This document shows, piece by piece, positions 24,847-36,895 of a stretch of 64,000 nt of DNA. The stretch's first letter is position 1, and every line of letters starts with the position of its first letter. Origin of the DNA: Raillietiella orientalis. Lineage: Eukaryota. Position numbers and translations under genes: made by a program. The notes beneath the pieces are model-generated. The model did no database searches. It was not told the DNA's origin and saw nothing but the letters and a program-made list of their open reading frames with translations. Location of the stretch: NCBI GenBank assembly GCA_036172245.1, contig JAYWIR010000001.1, positions 186,001 through 250,000 on the forward strand, read 5' to 3'.

Positions 24847-26589
24847 CGATGATGATCATTGTGGATGGTGGGGCGGCGAGCGTGGCGGCGCGCGCGTGAT
24901 GTAGGGAGAGGGTGGTGCGTTGCGGAAAAATGTCCCTCCCCCCCCACCCCTACCCCGACCCCGAGACACTCCCGCAATTTTCCCAAACGCGGGCTCGTCA
25001 CGGCGGTCTGCGGAAGCCGCGCGTGCTCTTTGGGAACGTCTCGCGCCATTCGTCTTTTCTCTTTCGTCTCCCCGCCTTCCCGGAAAGATCCCGCCAGCTC
25101 GATCTCCTCGTCCGGAAATCGGCATTCCCTCGTTCGCAACCGGGAGCGAGAGGTTCGCCGGAATGCTTCCCCGCCTCCCCTCCTCGGGGGGAGAACTCTG
25201 CTCGGTTCCTTTCATTACTCGATTCCTCCTCGGGGGGAGCTGGCGTTCGGAAGAAGCCCCGAAGCACTGCAGACGGACACACTCCCCCCCACCACCACCT
25301 CCCTCGCGTTCTCCTCCGTGTGTTTTCGGTTTGCGGTTCTTCGGACCGTTCTTGCTCTTGCTGTCGTACGCCCGCGGGCAGGAGGGCGGTGGCAGCCGCG
25401 GAGACTTCTCGCGCTTCCTTTCCGGAAGCTGAGCACGCTGGGGAACCCACGAACACAAGGGGACGTGCGCGCGGAAGGGTGCCAGCGGGAGGCGATCGGG
25501 AGAGACGCTGCCGCGGCGGTCGACCCGCCCTTCCGTCCGCCGTCACCTCGGCCTCGGCGCGCGGGGCCACGGTGGGGGGGGGAAGGGGGGAGAGGAATTG
25601 CTCGTGACTGTTCTCCGCCCCCCCAGCGGAACCCGGAGTGAGGAGGGGCTCCTGGGTAACCCGCGCACCCAAGATGTCACCGCCGCCCGACTCGATCCCC
25701 CGCTAGCGAAAGGGCTGTGCGGCTCTGGGGTCGTGGCTTGAAGGTCGCGGCATCGGCAGCGACGTCTCCATGCCCGTCACTTACCAGAAACCTTTTTTTT
25801 TTCTCTTTATGCGTGTGTTTTTCCTCCCGTGCTTTCTCCGTCCCGAAATTTATTACTTCCGGGATCAGCAGCCGTGCCCCCCTCCCTCCCATGTGCCGGT
25901 TCTCCACCCAAATATATGGATCTGTGCTGCTACTGTTGCTGCTGCTGTTTTTTTTTTTTTCTTCCTGCCTCCTGTCGCTTCTTCCCAGGGCTCTTCGGTT
26001 GCTAGGAAGCGCGGTGTACAAACGGAAGGTGCCCGCACGCGCAGCGGCTGCGGTCGCCGGCCGCCGCCTCCCTTGTCTGTCTCTCCTTCCTCTTCGAGCC
26101 CACCAGGAAGCGGCGGTAGATCACCTCGGAGACCTCGCCGCCATCGCAGGACGACGACGCAGCCATCTCCCGACACCGCGGAGAAAGTGACGCCTCTCAC
26201 GGATGCTGAAATCCTCCCGTCGTTCCTTTTTCCTTTTTCACAACCTTTTCTCTTCGTTCCGATGCAGATTCTCCGGTCGCCTAGTGGCATTCGTCTTCCC
26301 GGAGTACCAACAGACGATATCCCGTCTGGATGACTGCGTTCGCTCTCGCCGGAATCCGGGATTTTTCCACCCGGATTCCAGGTCTTCGCATTCCAAGCAT
26401 CTCTGCGGCCTGCATGGAACTCATCTTGAACTTCACCCTTCCCTCTCCCTTTCTCTCCGGACTCTCTGGACCACAACCTGCCAGCGCTCTTTCCAAATCC
26501 TGGCCACCCGGTTCCGGAGTGATCTGTGGGAGTGGCTTCCGTTGGTACTGAGCATCGCTGAATTTCCTTGTTCCTGTCCTCGGAAGGGA

Positions 26590-26900
26590 GCAACGCGCTC
26601 CTCGACCCTCCTGAGAGGCGTCAGCCAGCTCCACGGAACACGATGGAGGGTCGTCCCCCGAAAAGGGCGACGGCTCCCTCTTCACGACCGGAGGGGAACC
26701 TCGAAGGACTTCTCGATTTCCGGGAGGACCCCAAGGGTCAGCTTCCCCTCCCAGTCATTTAACGGGCGCGCCCGGCTTCTACCAATGCCGCCCTCGAGTA
26801 GGCTAACCAGCATCATCTTCCGGGAGGAACTCGAAACTCCCCCCATTTCCTCAGCGCAGACCCTTCCCCGGGCGGGATTCGAACCCGCGACTACGGGGGA
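26590..26900 (-). mobile_element. SINE-like copy, 5' half
   Basis: GGGATTCGAACCC at 26874-26886; CAGCATCATCTTC is the reverse complement of the body motif. Confidence 0.7.
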
Positions 26901-28195
26901 CCATGTCGATAGCGCGGGCCATAGGGCAGTTTTCGGGAGCAGCTGAGGGGAAGGCGCGACAGGGAGCTCTCCCCCGACGGTAAACCTCCGTTTAGACGGC
27001 CTTCTTTGTCTTCTGCCGATGGCGTTGCGCTTTCGGAACTGGCGGTCGGTTTCCGGGGAGACGGAAACCATAAGCCGTTCCAGGTCTTGGGTCGGCCTCC
27101 GCCTGGGCGCAGTCGCTGGCATTGCTGCTGAGGTCCGGGGAGAGTCCAGGGCAATCATCCGTGATACGGAGCGAGCTCTTCTTGCAAGAAATCTCTCCTT
27201 GCGGCTTGATGTGCCACCGGGATTCTCCGCCGAGGCGCTGCTGCGGTCCGTCAGCAGCAGATCCCATTCCAGACGCATCTTTCTCTGTTGCTCGACCTCA
27301 GATTCGCCATCGGCAGCTCAGGACCTGATCTTTTCTGCCCTGAAGATCAGGTCGCAGGACGCCGTTTCCTTGGAGACGAAGCAGTGAGTGAGTTGAATCG
27401 AATGCAATCCACTATTCTTTATTTCTTTCAGCGACGAAAGAGTCTTGAAAGGACGAAGCCGACCTCCCCGACGCGCGAAGAACCCTCCGGCGCGTGCGTT
27501 CGCGGAATTTCCTCGCAGCTCACTCGCGAACCCGCCACTGCAAACCGGGGAAGGCAAAACGAGGAGCACCCCACGCCACGGGTCGGCGTTGCCCTCGGCC
27601 CAAGGGTCCGCCCATCTTCCGGGCGGAATCCCACGAGTTCAGCGGTTCGCAGCCGCGCAACGAGGGAGGTGTCGAGAGCTGCTGGGAGACCGCGAGGAAG
27701 CCTCGGCGACCTCCGCGTGAGGCGTTCGAAAGGGCTCTTTTGTTTGGCGACACCTCGGAGGAAGTTCGAAGGTCTCGGAAGTGGAGGTGCCCGCGGAAGG
27801 GGTGCCAAGGCGCTCTTCGGGGCGGGCCGAAATCGATGGCTGAGAGAAGCTTCGAACCGGCGTCGCAGTGCGGGCGGGGGAGCTTCGCGGTGGCACGAAC
27901 CCGGAAGCGATGCGGAAGATGCATTCATTTCCTTATGTGGATGGATTCGCGAAGACAGTACATCATTATCCTGGACACGAGAATGACAGGCGCGCGCATG
28001 CGACGCTGATCCCCACGTAGGAGAGAGCGCCGTGTTTCGGGGACGTCCCGATCCTTGAGGACGTTCAAGACTGGCTGCTGGTGCTGAAGGACAGTTCGCT
28101 CGCTTCCCAGAAGTGGAAGGACCACGGGAAAATCCCTGGACTGGGCTGCCGAATCATTCGGGTGCATCCTCGCCCGAATGCGTGGCAACGGAGTC

Positions 28196-28620
28196 CCGAC
28201 CGAAATCCCGAAAGGCCATGAAAAATAAACGCGCACGTTTCTTACACACATCAATGTATATATTTATTTATAGAGAGTAATCGGCACACATATTTATTGA
28301 TTTTATCGGTATACATACTATTAATAGTAATATTATTTGCTTTTTGGAATCTTTAGCACATAATAATGTATATCATGGATCACGTCAGTGAATGTTGGAA
28401 TGAATTTGCATATGAAATGTGACATTTTCAATGATACGTGTTTTGCATCAATGTTTATTGATGTATTTAACATGAGTATTTATTACGCTTTATTAACATA
28501 CATAGTGTATTTGATATAATGGATAATGCGTTTATTATATATTAATATATACATTTGCATATGGATCAATATATTTTTGAAATACATGTGCCCATTATGT
28601 ATATATTAATATATATATTT
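28196..28620. repeat. AT-rich block family member (left end only)
   Basis: Begins CCGAAATCCCGAAAGG..ATGAAAAATAAA, then an abrupt switch to AT-rich sequence. Confidence 0.6.
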
Positions 28621-28735
28621 TACAGTCGTACCTCGGAACTCGTCGAACTCAGTACTCGTCTCGTTTCGACGAGAAAATAAATGTTCCAACACTCTGCGCA
28701 TGCTCGGAACTCGACACCACCCCGCTCTCATGATG
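28621..28735. mobile_element. Partial copy of the pogo-type MITE family
   Basis: Diverged reverse complement of ~15815-15940; starts TACAGTCGTACCTCG. Confidence 0.6.
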
Positions 28736-29295
28736 GAACAAGTGGACACTTGAGTCTCGGGTGGCTCTCGGACAGTGCCCAACACTTCCATAGAGTCCCT
28801 CCCGAATCGTCCCCCCTCCCCCCCCTTTGTGCTTTCGTGCCCTGCGCCTTCGCCCCCCCCCCCGGGGGCTGGGTAAGGCGCTCTGAGACGCGAACCGCCG
28901 GCGGCCCAAGGTGGCGTCCCAGGCGTCGGAGGAGGGACACGCCCCAGATCCCCAGGCCTCCTCCAAGCACGCGCGAGCGGGACCCGCGAGTAAACCGGCG
29001 GTGCAGGTTGGGGTCGCCCGTGGGGCGCAGATATCGTGGAAGAGGTTCAGCAGATGGCGAGGAAGAGCAGGGGGCACTGTGGCTCGCGGTCAGCTCCTGA
29101 CCTCCCCGGAAGCCGTCCGAAGACTTCGTGAACGACCCGGCGCTTCTAGACAAGAACGGCGAGCCGTCATTTCCTCCTCCCCCCCTCCCCCCTCCCCAGC
29201 GGTCGAAGGATCCGCGAAGCGATGGAGTCGCATGGCAACTGGAGGTCCTGCGCGCGTCTGAGGAAATCCGCGCTTAGCCGAGGATCCACGCAGTC

Positions 29296-29982
29296 CGGGT
29301 GACACCGCTCGCGACGCCCGCGGGCTCGAATCCCACCCGGGGAAGGCGAGAGCCGAAGGTGTGTACCGTGGGGTTTCGAGTCCTCCCCGCAGGATGGCCC
29401 TGGCTGGTCTGCAGATTTCGGCGGGGGGGCATTTGCGGAAGCCGGAAACCCCCAGCCACCCCCGCCGACTGGCCTCCAGGATTGGAAGTTGACTCTCCGG
29501 GGTCCCTCCAGGGATCAAGGATCCCTTCAAGGCTCTCCTCCGGCTGTGCAAAAGGGGTCATACCCCTCCTCGGGGCGGGACCCTCCATCGAGTTACCACG
29601 GAGCTGTTGATGTCCCCCTCCGTCTCCCCAGAGTGTCAAGAAGAGTGCTGTCCTCTTCGGGGAACACCCTTCGGAGAAAGCGGGAAGCTCCCTTCCCGGT
29701 TTCCTTCAAAGGAACAACAGGGAGCGGCTCCCTTGAGAGTTCCCTCCGGAGAGAATAAAGAAGAGGGTGGTCCCCTTCGGCAAATCTTCCCACGCATGAG
29801 AAGAACGGACTCCCCTTCTTCCGGACCCCTTCCTCGATTCATAGGGAGGTCTTCTCCAAGATCACCCCCCATAACTTGAAGGGTCACTCTCTCCCCCTCG
29901 GGTTGGATCTCAGTGTCAGAGAGCTTCGTGACCTCCCCTCTGAGGAGGTGGGCGGTTCTTCAGCACTCGGCTAACCCAAAAA
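29296..29982 (+). mobile_element. SINE-like copy
   Basis: GGGCTCGAATCCC at 29322; GGATTGGAAGTTGACTCTCCGGG; ATAACTTGAAGGGTCAC. Confidence 0.75.
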
Positions 29983-31429
29983 GGGGAGGTGAGGGAAAGA
30001 GAGAAGCACCGTTCCCTAGGGGTGCACTCATGGAGCAGCAACAGCATCCGGCGTAAATGCCTCACTTCTGATGGAAACGACGCAAAAGCGAGCCGAAGCA
30101 TTCTCAGAGTGGGAACACCCCCTTCTTAGAGAAGGAACACTTCCTTCTTATACGCCATTCCCTTTTTTTTTTTTTTTTTTTTGTCGTTTGGAATTTCCGG
30201 AACAGCATTTTCTCTTTCCCTTTCCTTCTCTTTTTTGCTGCAGAAGAAGAGCTCCGGAGATGCGTTTGCGTCGTTCCGATTTCCTCCTCCCAGCTTCCAT
30301 CTCCATGCTCCAATGGAAACGGATGCACCCGCGCTCAGGAGTGCCTCGTAGATTAAGGGGCCGCTGGATAGACGTTTCCCTTCGCACCCACCGCGTCCCC
30401 CACGGGCGCCGTTCAGGCTCACGTGGGTCGCATTCAGTCATGCTGGACGTCCCGAGATCTTATCTGGTCGCGCGCGCATCCGCATGTCTCATCACCGGTG
30501 GGGATGCCCAATCTCTTGTTTCTCCCAGCGCGCCGGAGCGGCACGCCTCGGGCGACTCTGCACGACGCACTTTTGCACACGAAGCAGGGAGGTCTGAAGC
30601 GGAGGCAAAACGGCTGCCCCGAGAAAAAGCCCGCAGCTCGCCAAATCGGGAAAGGCCGTTCCCGAATGCACCGTGGACAGGAGCGGTAGGGCCTCGCGGC
30701 TCGTGGTGGCGCACGCTGCGTCCGGACAAGAACTCTCCGTGCTCACAAGTTGATGGCGGCGGGTCGCCAGTCCCTGCGCGGAAGGGGGGTGGGTGGGTGG
30801 GACCCCAGCGACACAAAAGAAGAAAGGAAAACTTGGCTTTGCTTTCCTGCCTCGGTCGACTCGCCTGGCTGATCCGCTGGGCGGTCCCATTAGAAGGTGA
30901 TCACCAAAGAGTGCGGCCACGGGACTATTCCGGGAGAAACCAGCAGGATCTGTTTCTTCCATGCAGCCCGATTGTGCCCCTCGGTGTATACACTTCCTGT
31001 ACTCTGAAAGCAAAGACCCACGCATCACTCAGCTTTGTTCATTCATCCAGCTTAAGCCGTAGACCAGAAATCGAAATGGCATCACAGCCATCCTCGTCAA
31101 CCCGATGGCTCGTTTCATCCCACAGGAATGAGCACTGCCTCCCTGCCTCTTGTGCGGTCGGACCGAGTTCCTTTGTAAGAGGATTGCAGACGCACGATAC
31201 GGGAGCAGCAGCGATGCGGCTGCTGGACCCCATTAAAGGATCAAGGGAGGCCGGCTGCTTGGCTGACTCTTTCACCAGGGAGTTTCCATTCTCCCGGAGA
31301 GATTCCCTGCAGCTGTAAACAGACCCACTGAGAGGAATGGCCGCCTTCTCGACCCTCATGCGGGGTCGCGCTCCCAACCCCGGACGACCTTAAAAGCAAA
31401 TGCAAATGCTTGCTGTGCACATACTCACA

Positions 31430-32655
31430 TGCGAATCCACTTTACAGTGCATATTTCTTAATATGTATAAACGTGCGTGTTACAATTTACAATATGCCCA
31501 CAGTATGTTAACATATATAAGTTCATATGTATCACCAAGATCATAAAATACGCATGTGTTTATCATATGTATCAATATATAAATGAACAAATGGATTAAA
31601 CTGTGCCCTCAAGATTACAAAAAATAAATATGTATTCTTTTTATGTATACTGACATATATGTTCTTCTCTCTACATACAAAAATGATACATATTTATGCA
31701 TATTAATTGTACCAATAAGTATGCATGTTAAAAGAGATTTGTATATTTACCAATATGTCAGTATACATAAAAAGAATACATATTTATTTTTTGTAATCTT
31801 GAGAGCACAGTTTAATCCATATGCTAATTTATATATCAATATATATAATGAACAACATGTACTTGTGTTTTATAATCTATATAATATGTATAATAAACAT
31901 ATGCGTTCGTTTTTGTAACATACGTGTTTGCTTTTTATAATTACATTATATATACATAATGTAATTGTGCAGAGAATAAATATATACCGAAATACGTATA
32001 GAAACGAATATAGAAATATCGAATTTTGAAAAGTGAAAAAGAAAGGTGACAATTAAAAATGGTGGGAAAAAAATGAAAAAAGACAAACCAGGAGAGCACA
32101 AAAGTGGAAATCTGGCATTCCATCTTCCTGTCATTTCGAACGCTCGAGAAATGAACTTCCTCAGGAAATGACGAATTCCGCTTTCGGGATTTTGAACGTT
32201 CCGTAAATATCCTTGTTTATATGTCGATATTCATATATTCGTTCCATGCATATTTATCCTATGTATAAGTGTACATTAATGTACACAATAAATAATATAT
32301 TTATTTCTTATAATCTTCAATATATATATATATATATATATTAAGAATACATATATGGGTACATGTTATTAATTATATAAATAAGTGTGCATAGATTTGT
32401 ATTTCAGTCTTTGTATAAATGTATATATGAAAAACACATGTATTTATTTTTTCATAATCTCAATAGTACATATCTGCATATTAATGTATGTATAAATGCA
32501 TATAATAAAGATACTATTAATTATATTAATATCCATGATAAACGTGTATATATATTCTTTTAATAATATGTACTGATCTACATATTAAATTACATATCAA
32601 TGCAGATATATAATGAACGTACGTATTTATTACCGAGGTCTTTCGCGATTTGGAT
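31430..32655. repeat. AT-rich block family member with internal module and 68 bp inverted repeat
   Basis: Module AAATATCGAATTTT..TGGCA..TTCCTGTC..GAACTTCCTCA..TTTCGGGATTT at ~32013-32195; right end TCTTTCGCGATTT at ~32640. Confidence 0.7.
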
Positions 32656-33964
32656 CGGCACCTCTCCATACGAGACGAGAAGAATGCACGCCTTTTTCCC
32701 GTCCCCCGCCTGCTGCAATTCCGTTTCTCCAGGGATATCGCCTGGATACGCTGGAAGTCCCCCTTTTCATCTTTTCTTACCCGTTTTCCCTCTTTTCCCT
32801 TTGGAAATTTCCAATCGTCGTTCTCGTCCTAACAGGAAGACGGAGATGGCATCGGACGTCCGCGGCGCACTTCGCAAAGAACGCGGAAGGCTGTCCGTCT
32901 CTTTGCCTTTTTCCCGATGCGCCCTTGGGGCTGGCTGGACGCCGCAAACGGTCGCTTCCGACCTTTGCCGACCAAGCGGCCGATGGCTCCCGAGAGCGAT
33001 GGACTCCCACGGACGCGAACGCCCCTCGAAATGCGAGGATCGAGCAGGTCATCCAGCGACCGGGTGGACGATGGCCTGGCTTCACCCACTCGGACACCGT
33101 GCAAGAGTCGACGATCCCCAGGAAGCCTTCCTCGAAAAGAAGCCTCCACCAGTGCCGCCCTGGACTCAGCCCCATTGGCGGTGGGAGTCGCGTCGGTCCG
33201 CAGGAAGGGGACCCCGCGGATCTGCCCGAAATGTCTCCAGAGAAGCAGCGTGCCGCTTTTGAACCAGGAAAGCAGCATCCCGTTTCTCTAACACGAAATC
33301 TTTGCACAAATACAAATCTTTTCTATACAGATCTCTGCTTTGACAAAGAAAGTGCCGTCGGGGACCACCGCCGGTAAGATAAGAAGCCCACCACGAACAA
33401 GCAAAGTTTTTCACCCGGTTTTTCCGGGGGGTATTTATGATTAAACAAAATTAGTAGAAGTGTTCAAGTGTGCTGAAACACTTGTTTTCTTCCGGAGGAG
33501 GAGGAGTGGCCCCCGGCGTGTTGGACCAGTGGCACCCTTCCCCTTGAAGTGGCGGGGGACGGCGTTGCTATTCCTGCAGTGGGGACTCCTATGCGGGGAC
33601 TCCTATGCCTCTCGCACAGGACACGAGGGAGCGTGGAATTAAAATTAGTTATCCTTCGTATCAGAGTAAAATTAAGTAAAAATTTACATTTAATATTCGA
33701 ATGTTAATGAGTTAAATAAAGTGTGTAATAAAATATGGTTAAATTTTATTTGGAGGTGCTATGCCGACAAATTAGTATTTCTAATTATCATGAATCAGGG
33801 ATAATATAATTTTTTTTTTCGTGAGAGTGCGGCGAAAGGGGAACCTTCCCGCATCTCTTCGTAGACGGCGTCTCCCTCCATGAACTTTGGGATCGACTCG
33901 CTTCGATTCTGAATATTCCAGTAGGCGACCCCAAAGACGCTTTCCGGCGCCTCTTCAGGCGTGA

Positions 33965-34066
33965 CACTTTGCCCCGAGGCGCATCTCTAGCAGTTTCCTG
34001 CTGTGTTGCCGGAACCGCGGCAAGGTGGAACGCCAAAAGGAGAAGGCAAAATGGCAGGGACGCCAT
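33965..34066 (-). CDS. Orphan signal-peptide-like first exon of an unidentified secreted protein
   Basis: MASLPFCLLLLAFHLAAVPA-TQQE has a typical h-region and a plausible cleavage site. Downstream exons were not identified. Confidence 0.35.
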
Positions 34067-34869
34067 CCACTAGACGACGATCTTTCTTCCGAGACCGCGT
34101 CAGGATGGCCCCATCGGAATACTGCCAAAGCAGCACTTGTCAGCATCCTGAGCAGAACAGTTTTATCTTTTTTTTCCGGCATTCCCTCCCCCACCGCCAA
34201 CGGAAGGGACCTCACCGGTCTGCGTACCGGTTCATGGCAAGTCTCCCGCGCGCAGTAGAACCAAGTGTCCTACCACGTAACGAACATTAATGACCACTTT
34301 ATTATGAAATTTTTGCATGAAAATTTTAATAATAAATGCCCCGGCAATCCGGATGACAAACTTGTTTGCACCACGTGCTCGGAACTTGCCATGACGGTAG
34401 GCAGACCAGCGAGGTCCGTTTCCACAGCGACGGGGAAGGGAAAACCGGGAAAAAAAATAAAAGAAACAAAAAAAAGAAAAACGGAAGGGAAAGTTTTATT
34501 GGAGAGGGTGAGGGGACCGGAAGGGGATCACACTTCGCTGGGAGACGTCCTCAGTATCCATGGTGGTGCAGGCACAGCGCGTAGTCGTCTGACGTCAGAA
34601 TCCCTCGTGGGACGTACGCCAAGACGGCATCATTTCAATCAGGGGAGAAAAAATCTGGAGTCCGGATGAAAGTCCCTGCTCGCGGCGTCTCGTTTCTCTC
34701 GAGACAGAGACAGCACCCTAAAGTTTCGTTTCCGTTTAACCAGCTGCTCCCATGTGGTGGGCCCTGGTGAGACGATGTTGCGGCCCTTTGTTTCCCGAAG
34801 GAATGAAAGAGCAAAGAAAACCCCCAAAAAGACTCTTTTATCTGGAGCATGATCTTTCGGGAGTCCTCC

Positions 34870-35377
34870 TCAGTCCTGAACTGCGAAGCGGAGTCCTCGA
34901 AGAAGAACATGAAGTAGCATGAAGAGGAGCTGAGGGGCGGGTGGGAAGCAGCCCGAAGGTTCCAGAAACCACGGCTCAAGAACAGAAGATGAACGAAAAT
35001 GCTGCAAAGACAGATTGATTCCTCCGTCCCTCTGGATCGTTTCCTTGTCGAAGCTGGAGTTCCGCTGCCACTTGAACGTCCAAGAAATCTTCTCAGTGAG
35101 CCCAGAATCTCTTCGGGAAACTTGCCGAGACCGATTTTTCAAAGGACGAAATTCGCACGAGGACACACAGCGAGCGAAGGAGGTGCACCGTCTCCTCCAT
35201 CCGTGCATCATCCACGGTGTATCCGCGACCGAGTGGGTTGGCGGGAGCCCAGGTCACTGACGATGTGCACGGCCCAGGCGCTCTGGAAGCGATGAAGCTC
35301 TTCCTCGTCGAGTTGGTTGGCCAAAAAAAAAAGCCGGGATGCGCGGGCAACTCATTGCAGCGTGACCGGAGGGTGGG
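34870..35377 (+). repeat. ~507 bp dispersed duplication, copy 1
   Basis: Near-identical to 55565-56070 (a handful of substitutions and small indels). Confidence 0.95.
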
Positions 35378-36254
35378 AAGGAATGAAAGGAAGAAGAAAA
35401 CCCCAAAAGGACTCTTTTATCTGGCGCGAGATCTTTCGGGAGTCCTCGCTGGTCCCCGAGGAGGCGATCACTCTAGGGTCGGTGAATCCCACCTGCTCCT
35501 CACGCTCGTAGAAGCACCAGGAATGGCACAGGCAGGTCCTCTCCGGTGCGAAAAGCCGGACTCCGTGCGAGCCAGCAGGCCTGACGTTTTGGACGGGAGG
35601 TGAGGAGGTGCCAGGTGACCTCACGTTGACCGTGAGCTCGTCATTGCATTCCAAGACACTTATCTGCTTCTTTCTTCTTTCCCCTCCTTTTCGGTTGGTA
35701 CTGCTCCGACAATCGCCGTCTCTGGATTCCGAGAATTGGTTGTCTTGGGTGGTCAGTGGTAATCGAAGAAGCAGCCAGTAGTGGATCACGGATCGGAGGA
35801 AGTGGAAACGGAAAAGCAGCACCAGAAAAAAAAGACGAACTTTGTTAAAAAGCAGCAGCAGCAGCAGCAGAGCGGAAAAAGACGCCTTCAGGCAACCTGA
35901 GACGAAGATGCTTCGAAAACCATGCACCATGACTCCAGCAGGGTCGGGTTCAAAGTCCCGAAAGAACCTCTCGAAAGTGAGTTTCCCACCACAGCTCCCC
36001 ACCAGCTAGCTGTCCCGTCAAGGTCATGCCGAGAGTCGTTCATCCCGGCCGCTGACCCAAGGTGTGCCCCCAGTGAACCCTCCGGCTATGCTGGATGTCC
36101 ATCGTCCTCGACAGCCTTCGTGCTTTCTGCCGCACCTGAGCACCGGTCTTCGGGACTCGCTCTTTCGCTAGCAGCGTCCCCATAGGAGGCAGTGTCTCTT
36201 TGACAGCGAACAGGGGAGAGGGTACCGGGCAGTTTGCCCCATTTGGTCCCTCTT

Positions 36255-36895
36255 TTTTTCTCTCATGTCTTGGGGGGTTCGCCAAGTGCTGAAGAACCGT
36301 CCGCCTCCTCAGGGGGGAGGTCACAAAGCTCTTCGACGACCGTCCAGGCCACCCGAGGGTGCGTGTAACCCTTCAAGTTATAGGGGCAACCCCGGAGGGA
36401 ACCACTCTCTTCCTTATTCTCTCCTGAGGACCCCCTCGGTTTGTGGGGGTCACTCCTCGTCTCTACTCCGGAGGGAGCCCGCAAGGGAACCAGCCGCTCC
36501 TGGTTTCCTCCTCCTCTGAAGAGAACCTCGAAGAAACGCTTTCCAGTTTCTCTGGAGAGCTCTTCCCCGAAGGGAACAGTGCACTTCTTGCACGCTGGAG
36601 GCGACCTTCCGAGGGTTGCACCAACTGACGCCATGGTAACGGTTCCATTTTCCCCGACCGGAGGAAAACAACCCCGGAGGGAACCGATTCCCTGGTTCCT
36701 GGAAGAATCTCGGCCACCCAACGGGGGGCATCCAGTTTCCGGCTGCTTCCGCCAGCACCCACCCGAAATCTACCAAGGCCAATCAGCACCATCTTGCGGA
36801 GGGGGTGCTTGAAATCCACGACGCACCCCTCGTCCCATTCTCACGAAGGGATTTGAACCCGTGATGCTCGGTGCCACGCGCGTAGGAGACCGCAT
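36255..36895 (-). mobile_element. SINE-like copy
   Basis: GGGATTTGAACCC at ~36848-36860; T-rich tail remnant at ~36253. Confidence 0.75.

Noticed and set aside
33581..33609. GGGGACTCCTATGC x2, and the (TG)n, (TA)n and poly-G tracts elsewhere
   Set aside because: Ordinary slippage-type repeats.
35892..35976. Exon-like segment with cag acceptor and gtgagt donor
   Set aside because: No recognisable product or link to other exons; may be UTR or chance.
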